The position numbers were made by a program, and so were the translations under genes. A DNA stretch of 64,000 bases from Lytechinus pictus. Its lineage: Eukaryota. The notes below the pieces were generated by a model. It did not search any database. It was not told where the DNA came from and saw only the letters and a list, made by a program, of their open reading frames with translations. Positions 48,401-63,400 of this stretch are shown here, piece by piece (positions within the stretch are counted from its first letter, which is position 1; every line of letters begins with the position of its first letter). The stretch covers positions 310,001 to 374,000 of the forward strand of contig NW_026974140.1 in NCBI RefSeq assembly GCF_037042905.1, given 5' to 3'.

Positions 48401-51400
48401 CCTGCATTCCCCCAACCAGTTATCAAGAGAATCCTGCGGGTCACAGTTCTGTGTGCACGCCCTTGTAGGCGACCCAGATTGGCTGGCTCCTCCAATATGC
48501 CTTTGAATGTCTTTGACAGATAAATGGTGCTATACAAATACTGTGCATCATCTACCTACACACCCAATTTTTTTTTTCTGTTCAATATATTTCATAAGTT
48601 ATCTTTATGGAGCTGTGATCTTTGACCTGCATACTCCGAATTTAAACTTAGCCTGTATTGGTATCATCTACAGTGTACCTACACACTCAAATTTGTTTAA
48701 ATATGTATAATTTTTTATAAGTTATCATGCGGAAACTAAATTGCATATTTAATGACCCGTGACCTTTGGCCTGCCGACTACGAATTCGAACTTAGCCTGT
48801 ATTTTGGTGTCATCTACCTACATACCCTAACATTTTATAAATTTGTTGAATATTTTATAAGTTATTATGAGGAATCCAACTCGCATATTTAATGACCCAG
48901 TGTAGTGGTCCACCTGCATTCCCCCAACCAGTTATCAAGAGAATCCTGCGGGTCACAGTTCTGTGTGCACGCCCTTGTAGGCGACCCAGATTGGCTGGCT
49001 CCTCCAATATGCCTTTAAATGTCTTTGACAGATATATGGTGCTATACAAATACTGTGCATCATAATCATCTACCTACACACCCAATATTTTTTTTATAAA
49101 TCTGTTGAATATTTCATATCTTTAAGGAGCTGTGATCTTTGACCGGCATACTCCGAATTCAAACTTAGCCTGTATTGGTATCATCTCCAGTGTACCTACA
49201 CACTCAAATTTGTTTAAATATGTAGAATATTTTATTAGTTATCATGCGGAAACTAAATTGCATATTTAATGAGCCGTGACCTTTGGCCTGCCGACTACAA
49301 ATTAGAACTTAGCCTGTATTTTGGTGTCATCTACCTACACACCCTAATTCTTTATAGATCTGTTGAATATTTTATAAGTTATTATGAGGAAACCAACTCG
49401 CATATTTAATGACCCAGTGTAGTGGTCCACCTGCATTCCCCCAACCAGTTATCAAGAGAATCCTGCGGGTCACAGTTCTGTGTGCACGCCCTTGTAGGCG
49501 AGCCAGATTGGCTGGCTCCTCCAATATGCCTTTGAATGTCTTTGACAGATATATGGTGCTATGCAAATAATGTGCATCATCTACCTACACACCCACATTT
49601 TTTTTAAAATCTGTTCAATATATTTCATGAGATATCTTTAAAGAGCTGTGATCTTTGACATGCATACTCCGAATTTAAACTTAGCCTGTATTGGTATCAT
49701 CTACAGTGTACCTACACACTCAAATTTGTTTAAATATGTAGAATATTTTATTAGTTATCATGCGGAAACTAAATTGCATATTTAATGAGCCGTGACCTTT
49801 GGCCTGCCGACTACAAATTAGAACTTAGCCTGTATTTTGGTGTCATCTACCTACACACCCTAATTCTTTATAGATCTGTTGAATATTTTATAAGTTATTA
49901 TGAGGAAACCAACTCGCATATTTAATGACCCAGTGTAGTGGTCCACCTGCATTCCCCCAACCAGTTATCAAGAGAATCCTGCGGGTCACAGTTCTGTGTG
50001 CACGCCCTTGTAGGCGAGCCAGATTGGCTGGCTCCTCCAATATGCCTTTGAATGTCTTTGACAGATATATGGTGCTATACAAATAATGTGCATCATCTAC
50101 CTACACACCCACATTTTTTTTAAAATCTGTTCAATATATTTCATGAGATATCTTTAAAGAGCTGTGATCTTTGACATGCATACTCCGAATTTAAACTTAG
50201 CCTGTATTGGTATCATCTACAGTGTACCTACACACTCAAATTTGTTTAAATATGTAGAATATTTTATAAGTTATCATGCAGAAACTAAATTGCATATTTA
50301 ATGAGCCGTGACCTTTATCCTGCCGACTACGAATTCGAACTTAGCCTCTATGTTGGTGTCATCTACCTACACACCCTAATTTTTTTATAAATCTGTTGAA
50401 TATTTTATAAGTTATTATGAGGAATCCAACTCGCATATTTAATGACCCGGTGTAGTGGTCCACCTGCATTTCCCCAACCAGTTATCAGGAGAATCCTGCG
50501 GGTCACAGTTCTGTGTGCACGCCCTTGTAGGCGACCCAGATTGGCTGGCTCCTCCAATATGCCTTTGAATGTCTTTGACAGATATATGGTGCTATACAAA
50601 TACTGTGCATCATAATCATCTACCTACACACCCAATATTTTTTTTATAAATCTGTTGAATATTTCATATCTTTAAGGAGCTGTGATCTTTGACCGGCATA
50701 CTCCGAATTCAAACTTAGCCTGTATTGGTATCATCTCCAGTGTACCTACACACTCAAATTTGTTTAAATATGTAGAATATTTTATAGTTATCATGCGGAA
50801 ACTAAATTGCGTATTTAATGAGCCTTGACCTTTGGCCTGCCGACTACAAATTAGAACTTAGCCTGTATTTTGGTGTCATCTACCTTCACACCCTAATTCT
50901 TTATAGATCTGTTGAATATTTTATAAGTTATTATGAGGAAACCAACTCGCATATTTAATGACCCAGTGTAGTGGTCCACCTGCATTCCCCCAACCAGTTA
51001 TCAAGATAATCCTGCGGGTCACAGTTCTGTGTGCACGCCCTTGTAGGCGACCCAGATTGGCTGGCTCCTCCAATATGCCTTTGAATGTCTTTGACAGATA
51101 TATGGTGCTATACAAAAAATGTGCATCATCTACCTACACACCCACATTTTTTTAAAAATCTGTTCAATATATTTCATGAGATATCTTTAAAGAGCTGTGA
51201 TCTTTGACCTGCATACTCCGAATTTAAACTTAGCCTGTATTGGTATCATCTACAGTGTACCTACACACTCAAATTTGTTTAAATATGTAGAATATTTTAT
51301 AAGTTATCATGCAGAAACTAAATTGCATATTAAATGAGCCGTGACCTTTATCCTGCCGACTACGAATTCGAACTTAGCCTCTATGTTGGTGTCATCTACC

Positions 51401-54400
51401 TACACACCCTAATTTTTTTATAAATCTGTTGAATAGTTTATAAGTTATTATGAGGAATCCAACTCGCATATTTAATGACCCGGTGTAGTGGTCCACCTGC
51501 ATTTCCCCAACCAGTTATCAGGAGAATCCTGCGGGTCACAGTTCTGTGTGCACGCCCTTGTAGGCGACCCAGATTGGCTGGCTCCTCCAATATGCCTTTG
51601 AATGTCTTTGACAGATATATGGTGCTATACAAATACTGTGCATCATAATCATCTACCTACACACCCAATATTTTTTTTATAAATCTGTTGAATATTTCAT
51701 ATCTTTAAGGAGCTGTGATCTTTGACCGGCATACTCCGAATTCAAACTTAGCCTGTATTGGTATCATCTCCAGTGTACCTACACACTCAAATTTGTTTAA
51801 ATATGTAGAATATTTTATTAGTTATCATGCGGAAACTAAATTGCATATTTAATGAGCCGTGACCTTTGGCCTGCCGACTACAAATTAGAACTTAGCCTGT
51901 ATTTTGGTGTCATCTACCTACACACCCTAATTCTTTATAGATCTGTTGAATATTTTATAAGTTATTATGAGGAAACCAACTCGCATATTTAATGACCCAG
52001 TGTAGTGGTCCACCTGCATTCCCCCAACCTGTTATCAAGAGAATCCTGCGGGTCACAGTTCTGTGTGCACGCCCTTGTAGGCGACCCAGATTGGCTGGCT
52101 CCTCCAATATGCCTTTGAATGTCTTTGACAGATATATGGTGCTATACAAATAATGTGCATCATCTACCTACACACCCACATTTTTTTTAAAATCTGTTCA
52201 ATATATTTCATGAGATATCTTTAAAGAGCTGTGATCTTTGACATGCATACTCCGAATTTAAACTTAGCCTGTATTGGTATCATCTACAGTGTACCTACAC
52301 ACTCAAATTTGTTTAAATATGTAGAATATTTTATAAGTTATCATGCAGAAACTAAATTGCATATTTAATGAGCCGTGACCTTTATCCTGCCGACTACGAA
52401 TTCGAACTTAGCCTCTATGTTGGTGTCATCTACCTACACACCCTAATTTTTTTATAAATCTGTTGAATATTTTATAAGTTATTATGAGGAATCCAACTCG
52501 CATATTTAATGACCCGGTGTAGTGGTCCACCTGCATTTCCCCAACCAGTTATCAGGAGAATCCTGCGGGTCACAGTTCTGTGTGCACGCCCTTGTAGGCG
52601 ACCCAGATTGGCTGGCTCCTCCAATATGCATTTGAATGTCTTTGACAGATATATGGTGCTATACAAATACTGTGCATCATAATCATCAACCTACACACCC
52701 AATATTTTTTTTATAAATCTGTTGAATATTTCATATCTTTAAGGAGCTGTGATCTTTGACCGGCATACTCCGAATTCAAACTTAGCCTGTATTGGTATCA
52801 TCTCCAGTGTACCTACACACTCAAATTTGTTTAAATATGTAGAATATTTTATAAGTTATTATGCGGAAACTAAATTGCATATTTAATGAGCCGTGACCTT
52901 TGGCCTGCCGACTTCAAATTCGAACTTAGCCTGTATTTTGGTGTCATCTACCTACACACCCTAATTCTTTATAAATCTGTTGAATAGTTTATAAGTTATT
53001 ATGAGGAAACCAACTCGCATATTTAATGACCCAGTGTAGTGGTCCGACTGCATTCCCCCAACCAGTTATCAAGAGAGACATGCGGGTCACAGTTCTGTGT
53101 GCGCGTCCTTGTAGGCGACCCAGATTGGCTGGCTCCTCCAATATGCCTTTGAATGTCTTTGACAGATATATGGTGCTTTACAAATACTGTGCATCATATA
53201 CCTACACACCCAAATTTTTTTTTTAATTTGTTCAATATATTTCATAAGATATCTTTAAGGAGCTGTGATCTTTGACCTGCATACTCCGAATTCAAACTTA
53301 GCCTGTATTGGTATCATCTACAGTGTACCTACACACTCAAATTTGTTTAAATATGTAGAATATTTTATAAGTTATCATGCGGAAACTAAATTGCATATCT
53401 AATGAGCCGTGACCTTTGGCCTGCGGACTACGAATTCGAACTAAGCCGATATTTTGGCAAATTTGGTGTCATCTACCTACACACCCTAATGTTTAATAAA
53501 TCTGTTGAATATTTTATAAGATATCATGAGGAAACCAACTCGCATATTTAATGAGCTGTGATCTTTGACCTGCATACTCCGAATTTAAACTTAGCCTTAT
53601 CATCTACAGTGTACCTACACACTCAAATTTGTTTAAATATGTAGAATATTTTATAAGTTATCATGCGGAAACAAAATTGCATATTTAATGAGTCGTGACC
53701 TTTGGCCTGCCGACTACGAATTCGAACTTAGCCTGTATTTTGGTGTCATCTACCTACACACCCTAATTTTTTTTTATAAATCTGTTGAATATTTTATAAG
53801 TTATTATGAGGAATCCAACTCGCATATTTAATGACCCAGTGTAGTGGTCCACCTGCATTCCCCAACAAATTATCAGGAGAGACATGCGGGTCACAGTTCT
53901 GTGTGCGCGTCCTTGTAGGCGACCCAGATTGACTGGCTCCTCCAATATGCCTTTGAATGTCTTTGACAGATATATGGTGCTTTACAAATACTGTGCATCA
54001 TCTACCTACACACCCAAATATTTTTTTAATCTGTTCAATATATTTCATAAGATATCTTTAAGGAGCTGTGATCTTTGACCGGCATACTCCGAATTCAAAC
54101 TTAGCCTGTATTGGTATCATCTCCAGTGTACCTACACACTCAAATTTGTTTAAATGTGTAGAATATTTTATTAGTTATCATGCGGAAACTAAATTGCATA
54201 TTTAATGAGCCGTGACCTTTGGCTTGCCGACTACAAATTAGAACTTAGCCTGTATTTTGGTGTCATCTACCTACACACCCTAATTCTTTATAGATCTGTT
54301 GAATATTTTATAAGTTATTATGAGGAAACCAACTCGCATATTTAATGACCCAGTGTAGTGGTCCACCTGCATTCCCCCAACCAGTTATCAGGAGAGACAT

Positions 54401-57400
54401 GCGGGTCACAGTTCTGTGTGCGCGTCCTTGTAGGCGACCCAGATTGGCTGGCTCCTCCAATATGCCTTTGAATGTCTTTGACAGATATATGGTGCTATAC
54501 AAATACTGTGCATCATGTACCTACACACCCAATTTTTTTTTTCTGTTCAATATATTTCATAAGATATCTTTAAGGAACTGTGATCTTTGACCTGCATACT
54601 CCGAATTTAAACTTAGCCTGTATTGGTATCATCTACAGTGTACCTACACACTCAAATTTGTTTAAATATGTATAATTTTTTATAAGTTATCATGCGGAAA
54701 CTAAATTGCATATTTAATGACCCGTGACCTTTGGCCTGCCGACTACGAATTCGAACTTAGCCTGTATTTTGGTGTCATCTACCTACATACCCTAACATTT
54801 TATAAATTTGTTGAATATTTTATAAGTTATTATGGGGAATCCAACTCGCATATTTAATGACCCGGTGTATTGGTCCACCTGCATTCCCCCAACCAGTTAT
54901 CAAGAGAATCCTGCGGGTCACAGTTCTGTGTGCACGCCCTTGTAGGCGACCCAGATTGGCTGGCTCCTCCAATATGCCTTTGAATGTCTTTGACAGATAT
55001 ATGGTGCTATACAAATACTGTGCATCATCTACCTACACACCCACATTTTTTTTTCTGTTCAATATATTTCATAAGATATCTTTAAGGAGCTGTGATCTTT
55101 AACCTGCATACTCCGAATTTAAACTTAGCCTGTATTGGTATCATCTACAGTGTACCTACACACTCAAATTTGTTTAAATATGTATAATTTTTTATAAGTT
55201 ATCATGCGGAAACTAAATTGCATATTTAATGACCCGTGACCTTTGGCCTGCCGACTACGAATTCGAACTTAGCCTGTATTTTGGTGTCATCTACCTACAT
55301 ACCCTAACATTTTATAAATTTGTTGAATATTTTATAAGTTATTATGAGGAATCCAACTCGCATATTTAATGACCCGGTGTAGTGGTCCACCTGCATTCCC
55401 CCAACCAGTTATCAAGAGAATCCTGCGGGTCACAGTTCTGTGTGCACGCCCTTGTAGGCGACCCAGATTGGCTGGCTCCTCCAATATGCCTTTGAATGTC
55501 TTTGACAGATATATGGTGCTATACAAAAAATGTGCATCATCTACCTACACACCCACATTTTTTTTAAAATCTGTTCAATATATTTCATGAGATATCTTTA
55601 AAGAGCTGTGATCTTTGACATGCATACTCCGAATTTAAACTTAGCCTGTATTGGTATCATCTACAGTGTACCTACACACTCAAATTTGTTTAAATATGTA
55701 GAATATTTTATAAGTTATCATGCAGAAACTAAATTGCATATTTAATGAGCCGTGACCTTTATCCTGCCGACTACGAATTCGAACTTAGCCTCTATGTTGG
55801 TGTCATCTACCTACACACCCTAATTTTTTTATAAATCTGTTGAATATTTTATAAGTTATTATGAGGAATCCAACTCGCATATTTAATGACCCGGGTTAGT
55901 GGTCCACCTGCATTTCCCCAACCAGTTATCAGGAGAATCCTGCGGGTCACAGTTCTGTGTGCACGCCCTTGTAGGCGACCCAGATTGGCTGGCTCCTCCA
56001 ATATGCCTTTGAATGTCTTTGACAGATATATGGTGCTATACAAATACTGTGCATCATAATCATCAACCTACACACCCAATATTTTTTTTATGAATCTGTT
56101 GAATATTTCATATCTTTAAGGAGCTGTGATCTTTGACCGGCATACTCCGAATTCAAACTTAGCCTGTATTGGTATCATCTCCAGTGTACCTACACACTCA
56201 AATTTGTTTAAATATGTAGAATATTTTATAAGTTATTATGCGGAAACTAAATTGCATATTTAATGAGCCGTGACCTTTGGCCTGCCGACTTCAAATTCGA
56301 ACTCAGCCTGTATTTTGGTGTCATCTACCTACACACCCTAATTCTTTATAAATCTGTTGAATATTTTATAAGTTATTATGAGGAAACCAACTCGCATATT
56401 TAATGACCCAGTGTAGTGGTCCGACTGCATTCCCCCAACCAGTTATCAGGAGAGACATGCGGGTCACAGTTCTGTGTGCGCGTCCTTGTAGGCGACCCAG
56501 ATTGGCTGGCTCCTCCAATATGCCTTTGAATGTCTTTGACAGATATATGGTGCTTTACAAATACTGTGCATCATCTACCTACACACCCAAATTTTTTTTT
56601 TTATCTGTTCAATATATTTCATAAGATATCTTTAAGGAGCTGTGATCTTTGACCTGCATACTCCGAATTCAAACTTAGCCTGTATTGGTATCATCTACAG
56701 TGTACCTACACACTCAAATTTGTTTAAATATGTAGAATATTTTATAAGTTATCATGCGGAAACTAAATTGCATATTTAATGAGCCGTGACCTTTGGCTTG
56801 CCGACTACAAATTAGAACTTAGCCTGTATTTTGGTGTCATCTACCTACACACCCTAATTCTTTATAGATCTGTTGAATATTTTATAAGTTATTATGAGGA
56901 AACCAACTCGCATATTTAATGACCCAGTGTAGTGGTCCGACTGCATTCCCCCAACCAGTTATCAGGAGAGACATGCGGGTCACAGTTCTGTGTGCGCGTC
57001 CTTGTAGGCGACCCAGATTGGCTGGCTCCTCCAATATGCCTTTGAATGTCTTTGACAGATATATGGTGCTTTACAAATACTGTGCATCATCTACCTACAC
57101 ACCCAAATTTTTTTTTTTATCTGTTCAATATATTTCATAAGATATCTTTAAGGAGCTGTGATCTTTGACCTGCATACTCCGAATTCAAACTTAGCCTGTA
57201 TTGGTATCATCTACAGTGTACCTACACACTCAAATTTGTTTAAATATGTAGAATATTTTATAAGTTATCATGCGGAAACTAAATTGCATATTTAATGAGC
57301 CGTGACCTTTGGCCTGCGGACTACGAATTCGAACTAAGCCGATATTTTGGCAAATTTTGTGTCATCTACCTACACACCCTAATGTTTTATAAATCTGTTG

Positions 57401-60400
57401 AATATTTTATAAGATATTATGAGGAAACCAACTCGCATATTTAATGAGCTGTGATCTTTGACCTGCATACTCCGAATTTAAACTTAGCCTTATCATCTAC
57501 AGTGTACCTACACACTCAAATTAGTTTAAATATGTAGAATACTTTATAAGTTATCATGCGGAAACTAAATTGCATATTTAATGAGCCGTGACCTTTGGCC
57601 TGCCGACTTCAAATTCGAACGTAGCCTGTATTTTGGTGTAATCTACCTACACACCCTAATTTTTTACAAATCTGTTGAATATTTTATAAGTTATTATGAT
57701 AAAACCAACTCGCATATTTAATGACCCAGTGTAGTGGTCCACCTGCATTCCCCAACCAGTTATCAGGAGAGACATGCGGGTCACAGTTCTGTGTGCGCGT
57801 CCTTGTAGGCGACCCAGATTGACTGGCTCCTCCAATATGCCTTTGAATGTCTTTGACAGATATATGGTGCTTTACAAATACTGTGCATCATCTACCTACA
57901 CACCCAAATATTTTTTTTAATCTGTTCAATATATTTCATAAGATATCTTTAAGGAGCTGTGATCTTTGACCTGCATACTCCGAATTCAAACTTAGCCTGT
58001 ATTGGTATCATCTCCAGTGTACCTACACACTCAAATTTGTTTAAATATGTAGAATATTTTATAAGTTATCATGCGGAAACTAAATTGCATATTTAATGAG
58101 CCGTGACCTTTGGCCTGCCGACTTCAAATTCGAACTTAGCCTGTATTTTGGTGTAATCTACCTACACACCCTAATTTTTTACATATCTGTTAAATATTTT
58201 ATAAGTTATTATGAGGAAACCAACTCGCATATTTAATGACCCAGTGTAGTGGTCCACCTGCATTCCCCAACCAGTTATCAGGAGAGACATGCGGGTCACA
58301 GTTCTGTGTGCGCGTCCTTGTAGGCGACCCAGATTGACTGGCTCCTCCAATATGCCTTTGAATGTCTTTGACAGATATATGGTGCTTTACAAATACTGTG
58401 CATCATCTACCTACACACCCAAATATTTTTTTAATCTGTTCAATATATTTCATAAGATATCTTTAAGGAACTGTGATCTTTGACCTGCATACTCCGAATT
58501 TAAACTTAGCCTGTATTGGTATCATCTACAGTGTACCTACACACTCAAATTTGTTTAAATATGTATAATTTTTTATAAGTTATCATGCGGAAACTAAATT
58601 GCATATTTAATGACCCGTGACCTTTGGCCTGCCGACTACGAATTCGAACTTAGCCTGTATTTTGGTGTCATCTACCTACATACCCTAACATTTTATAAAT
58701 TTGTTGAATATTTTATAAGTTATTATGGGGAATCCAACTCGCATATTTAATGACCCGGTGTATTGGTCCACCTGCATTCCCCCAACCAGTTATCAAGAGA
58801 ATCCTGCGGGTCACAGTTCTGTGTGCACGCCCTTGTAGGCGACCCAGATTGGCTGGCTCCTCCAATATGCCTTTGAATGTCTTTGACAGATATATGGTGC
58901 TATACAAATACTGTGCATCATCTACCTACACACCCACATTTTTTTTTCTGTTCAATATATTTCATAAGATATCTTTAAGGAGCTGTGATCTTTAACCTGC
59001 ATACTCCGAATTTAAACTTAGCCTGTATTGGTATCATCTACAGTGTACCTACACACTCAAATTTGTTTAAATATGTATAATTTTTTATAAGTTATCATGC
59101 GGAAACTAAATTGCATATTTAATGACCCGTGACCTTTGGCCTGCCGACTACGAATTCGAACTTAGCCTGTATTTTGGTGTCATCTACCTACATACCCTAA
59201 CATTTTATAAATTTGTTGAATATTTTATAAGTTATTATGAGGAATCCAACTCGCATATTTAATGACCCGGTGTAGTGGTCCACCTGCATTCCCCCAACCA
59301 GTTATCAAGAGAATCCTGCGGGTCACAGTTCTGTGTGCACGCCCTTGTAGGCGACCCAGATTGGCTGGCTCCTCCAATATGCCTTTGAATGTCTTTGACA
59401 GATATATGGTGCTATACAAAAAATGTGCATCATCTACCTACACACCCACATTTTTTTTAAAATCTGTTCAATATATTTCATGAGATATCTTTAAAGAGCT
59501 GTGATCTTTGACATGCATACTCCGAATTTAAACTTAGCCTGTATTGGTATCATCTACAGTGTACCTACACACTCAAATTTGTTTAAATATGTAGAATATT
59601 TTATAAGTTATCATGCAGAAACTAAATTGCATATTTAATGAGCCGTGACCTTTATCCTGCCGACTACGAATTCGAACTTAGCCTCTATGTTGGTGTCATC
59701 TACCTACACACCCTAATTTTTTTATAAATCTGTTGAATATTTTATAAGTTATTATGAGGAATCCAACTCGCATATTTAATGACCCGGGTTAGTGGTCCAC
59801 CTGCATTTCCCCAACCAGTTATCAGGAGAATCCTGCGGGTCACAGTTCTGTGTGCACGCCCTTGTAGGCGACCCAGATTGGCTGGCTCCTCCAATATGCC
59901 TTTGAATGTCTTTGACAGATATATGGTGCTATACAAATACTGTGCATCATAATCATCAACCTACACACCCAATATTTTTTTTATGAATCTGTTGAATATT
60001 TCATATCTTTAAGGAGCTGTGATCTTTGACCGGCATACTCCGAATTCAAACTTAGCCTGTATTGGTATCATCTCCAGTGTACCTACACACTCAAATTTGT
60101 TTAAATATGTAGAATATTTTATAAGTTATTATGCGGAAACTAAATTGCATATTTAATGAGCCGTGACCTTTGGCCTGCCGACTTCAAATTCGAACTCAGC
60201 CTGTATTTTGGTGTCATCTACCTACACACCCTAATTCTTTATAAATCTGTTGAATATTTTATAAGTTATTATGAGGAAACCAACTCGCATATTTAATGAC
60301 CCAGTGTAGTGGTCCGACTGCATTCCCCCAACCAGTTATCAGGAGAGACATGCGGGTCACAGTTCTGTGTGCGCGTCCTTGTAGGCGACCCAGATTGGCT

Positions 60401-63400
60401 GGCTCCTCCAATATGCCTTTGAATGTCTTTGACAGATATATGGTGCTTTACAAATACTGTGCATCATCTACCTACACACCCAAATTTTTTTTTTTATCTG
60501 TTCAATATATTTCATAAGATATCTTTAAGGAGCTGTGATCTTTGACCTGCATACTCCGAATTCAAACTTAGTCTGTATTGGTATCATCTACAGTGTACCT
60601 ACACACTCAAATTTGTTTAAATATGTAGAATATTTTATAAGTTATCATGCGGAAACTAAATTGCATATTTAATGAGCCGTGACCTTTGGCTTGCCGACTA
60701 CAAATTAGAACTTAGCCTGTATTTTGGTGTCATCTACCTACACACCCTAATTCTTTATAGATCTGTTGAATATTTTATAAGTTATTATGAGGAAACCAAC
60801 TCGCATATTTAATGACCCAGTGTAGTGGTCCGACTGCATTCCCCCAACCAGTTATCAGGAGAGACATGCGGGTCACAGTTCTGTGTGCGCGTCCTTGTAG
60901 GCGACCCAGATTGGCTGGCTCCTCCAATATGCCTTTGAATGTCTTTGACATATATATGGTGCTTTACAAATACTGTGCATCATCTACCTACACACCCAAA
61001 ATTTTTTTTTTATCTGTTCAATATATTTCATAAGATATCTTTAAGGAGCTGTGATCTTTGACCTGCATACTCCGAATTCAAACTTAGCCTGTATTGGTAT
61101 CATCTACAGTGTACCTACACACTCAAATTTGTTTAAATATGTAGAATATTTTATAAGTTATCATGCGGAAACTAAATTGCATATTTAATGAGCCGTGACC
61201 TTTGGCCTGCGGACTACGAATTCGAACTAAGCCGATATTTTGGCAAATTTTGTGTCATCTACCTACACACCCTAATGTTTTATAAATCTGTTGAATATTT
61301 TATAAGATATTATGAGGAAACCAACTCGCATATTTAATGAGCTGTGATCTTTGACCTGCATACTCCGAATTTAAACTTAGCCTTATCATCTACAGTGTAC
61401 CTACACACTCAAATTAGTTTAAATATGTAGAATACTTTATAAGTTATCATGCGGAAACTAAATTGCATATTTAATGAGCCGTGACCTTTGGCCTGCCGAC
61501 TTCAAATTCGAACGTAGCCTGTATTTTGGTGTAATCTACCTACACACCCTAATTTTTTACAAATCTGTTGAATATTTTATAAGTTATTATGATAAAACCA
61601 ACTCGCATATTTAATGACCCAGTGTAGTGGTCCACCTGCATTCCCCAACCAGTTATCAGGAGAGACATGCGGGTCACAGTTCTGTGTGCGCGTCCTTGTA
61701 GGCGACCCAGATTGACTGGCTCCTCCAATATGCCTTTGAATGTCTTTGACAGATATATGGTGCTTTACAAATACTGTGCATCATCTACCTACACACCCAA
61801 ATATTTTTTTTAATCTGTTCAATATATTTCATGAGATATCTTTAAGGAGCTGTGATCTTTGACCTGCATACTCCGAATTCAAACTTAGCCTGTATTGGTA
61901 TCATCTCCAGTGTACCTACACACTCAAATTTGTTTAAATATGTAGAATATTTTATAAGTTATCATGCGGAAACTAAATTGCATATTTAATGAGCCGTGAC
62001 CTTTGGCCTGCCGACTTCAAATTCGAACTTAGCCTGTATTTTGGTGTAATCTACCTACACACCCTAATTTTTTACATATCTGTTAAATATTTTATAAGTT
62101 ATTATGAGGAAACCAACTCGCATATTTAATGACCCAGTGTAGTGGTCCACCTGCATTCCCCAACCAGTTATCAGGAGAGACATGCGGGTCACAGTTCTGT
62201 GTGCGCGTCCTTGTAGGCGACCCAGATTGACTGGCTCCTCCAATATGCCTTTGAATGTCTTTGACAGATATATGGTGCTTTACAAATACTGTGCATCATC
62301 TACCTACACACCCAAATATTTTTTTAATCTGTTCAATATATTTCATAAGATATCTTTAAGGAGCTGTGATCTTTGACCTGCATACTCCGAATTCAAACTT
62401 AGCCTGTATTGGTATCATCTCCAGTGTACCTACACACTCAAATTTGTTTAAATATGTAGAATATTTTATAAGTTATCATGCAGAAACTAAATTGCATATT
62501 TAATGAGCCGTGACCTTTATCCTGCCGACTACGAATTCGAACTTAGCCTGTATGTTGGTGTCATCTACCTACACACCCTAATTTTTTATAAATCTGTTGA
62601 ATATTTTATAAGTTATTATGAGGAATCCAACTCGCATATTTAATGACCCGGTGTAGTGGTCCACCTGCATTTCCCCCAACCAGTTATCAGGAGAATCCTG
62701 CGGGTCACAGTTCTGTGTGCACGCCCTTGTAGGCGACCCAGATTGGCTGGCTCCTCCAATATGCCTTTGAATGTCTTTGACAGATATATGGTGCTATACA
62801 AATACTGTGCATCATAATTATCACCCTACACACCAAATATTTTTTTTATAAATCTGTTGAATATTTCATATCTTTAAGGAGCTGTGATCTTTGACCGGCA
62901 TACTCCGAATTCAAACTTAGCCTGTATTGGTATCATCTCCAGTGTACCTACACACTCAAATTTGTTTAAATATGTAGAATATTTTATAAGTTATTATGCA
63001 GAAACTAAATTGCATATTTAATGAGCCGTGACCTTTGGCCTGCCGACTTCAAATTCGAACTTAGCCTGTATTTTGGTGTCATCTACCTACACACCCTAAT
63101 TCTTTATAAATCTGTTGAATATTTTATAAATTATTATGAGGAAACCAACTCGCATATTTAATGACCCAGTGTAGTGGTCCGACTGCATTCCCCCAACCAG
63201 TTATCAGGAGAGACATGCGGGTCACAGTTCTGTGTGCGCGTCCTTGTAGGCGACCCAGATTGGCTGGCTCCTCCAATATGCCTTTGAATGTCTTTGACAG
63301 ATATATGGTGCTTTACAAATACTGTGCATCATCTACCTACACACCCAAATTTTTTTTTTAATCTGTTCAATATATTTCATAAGATATCTTTAAGGAGCTG

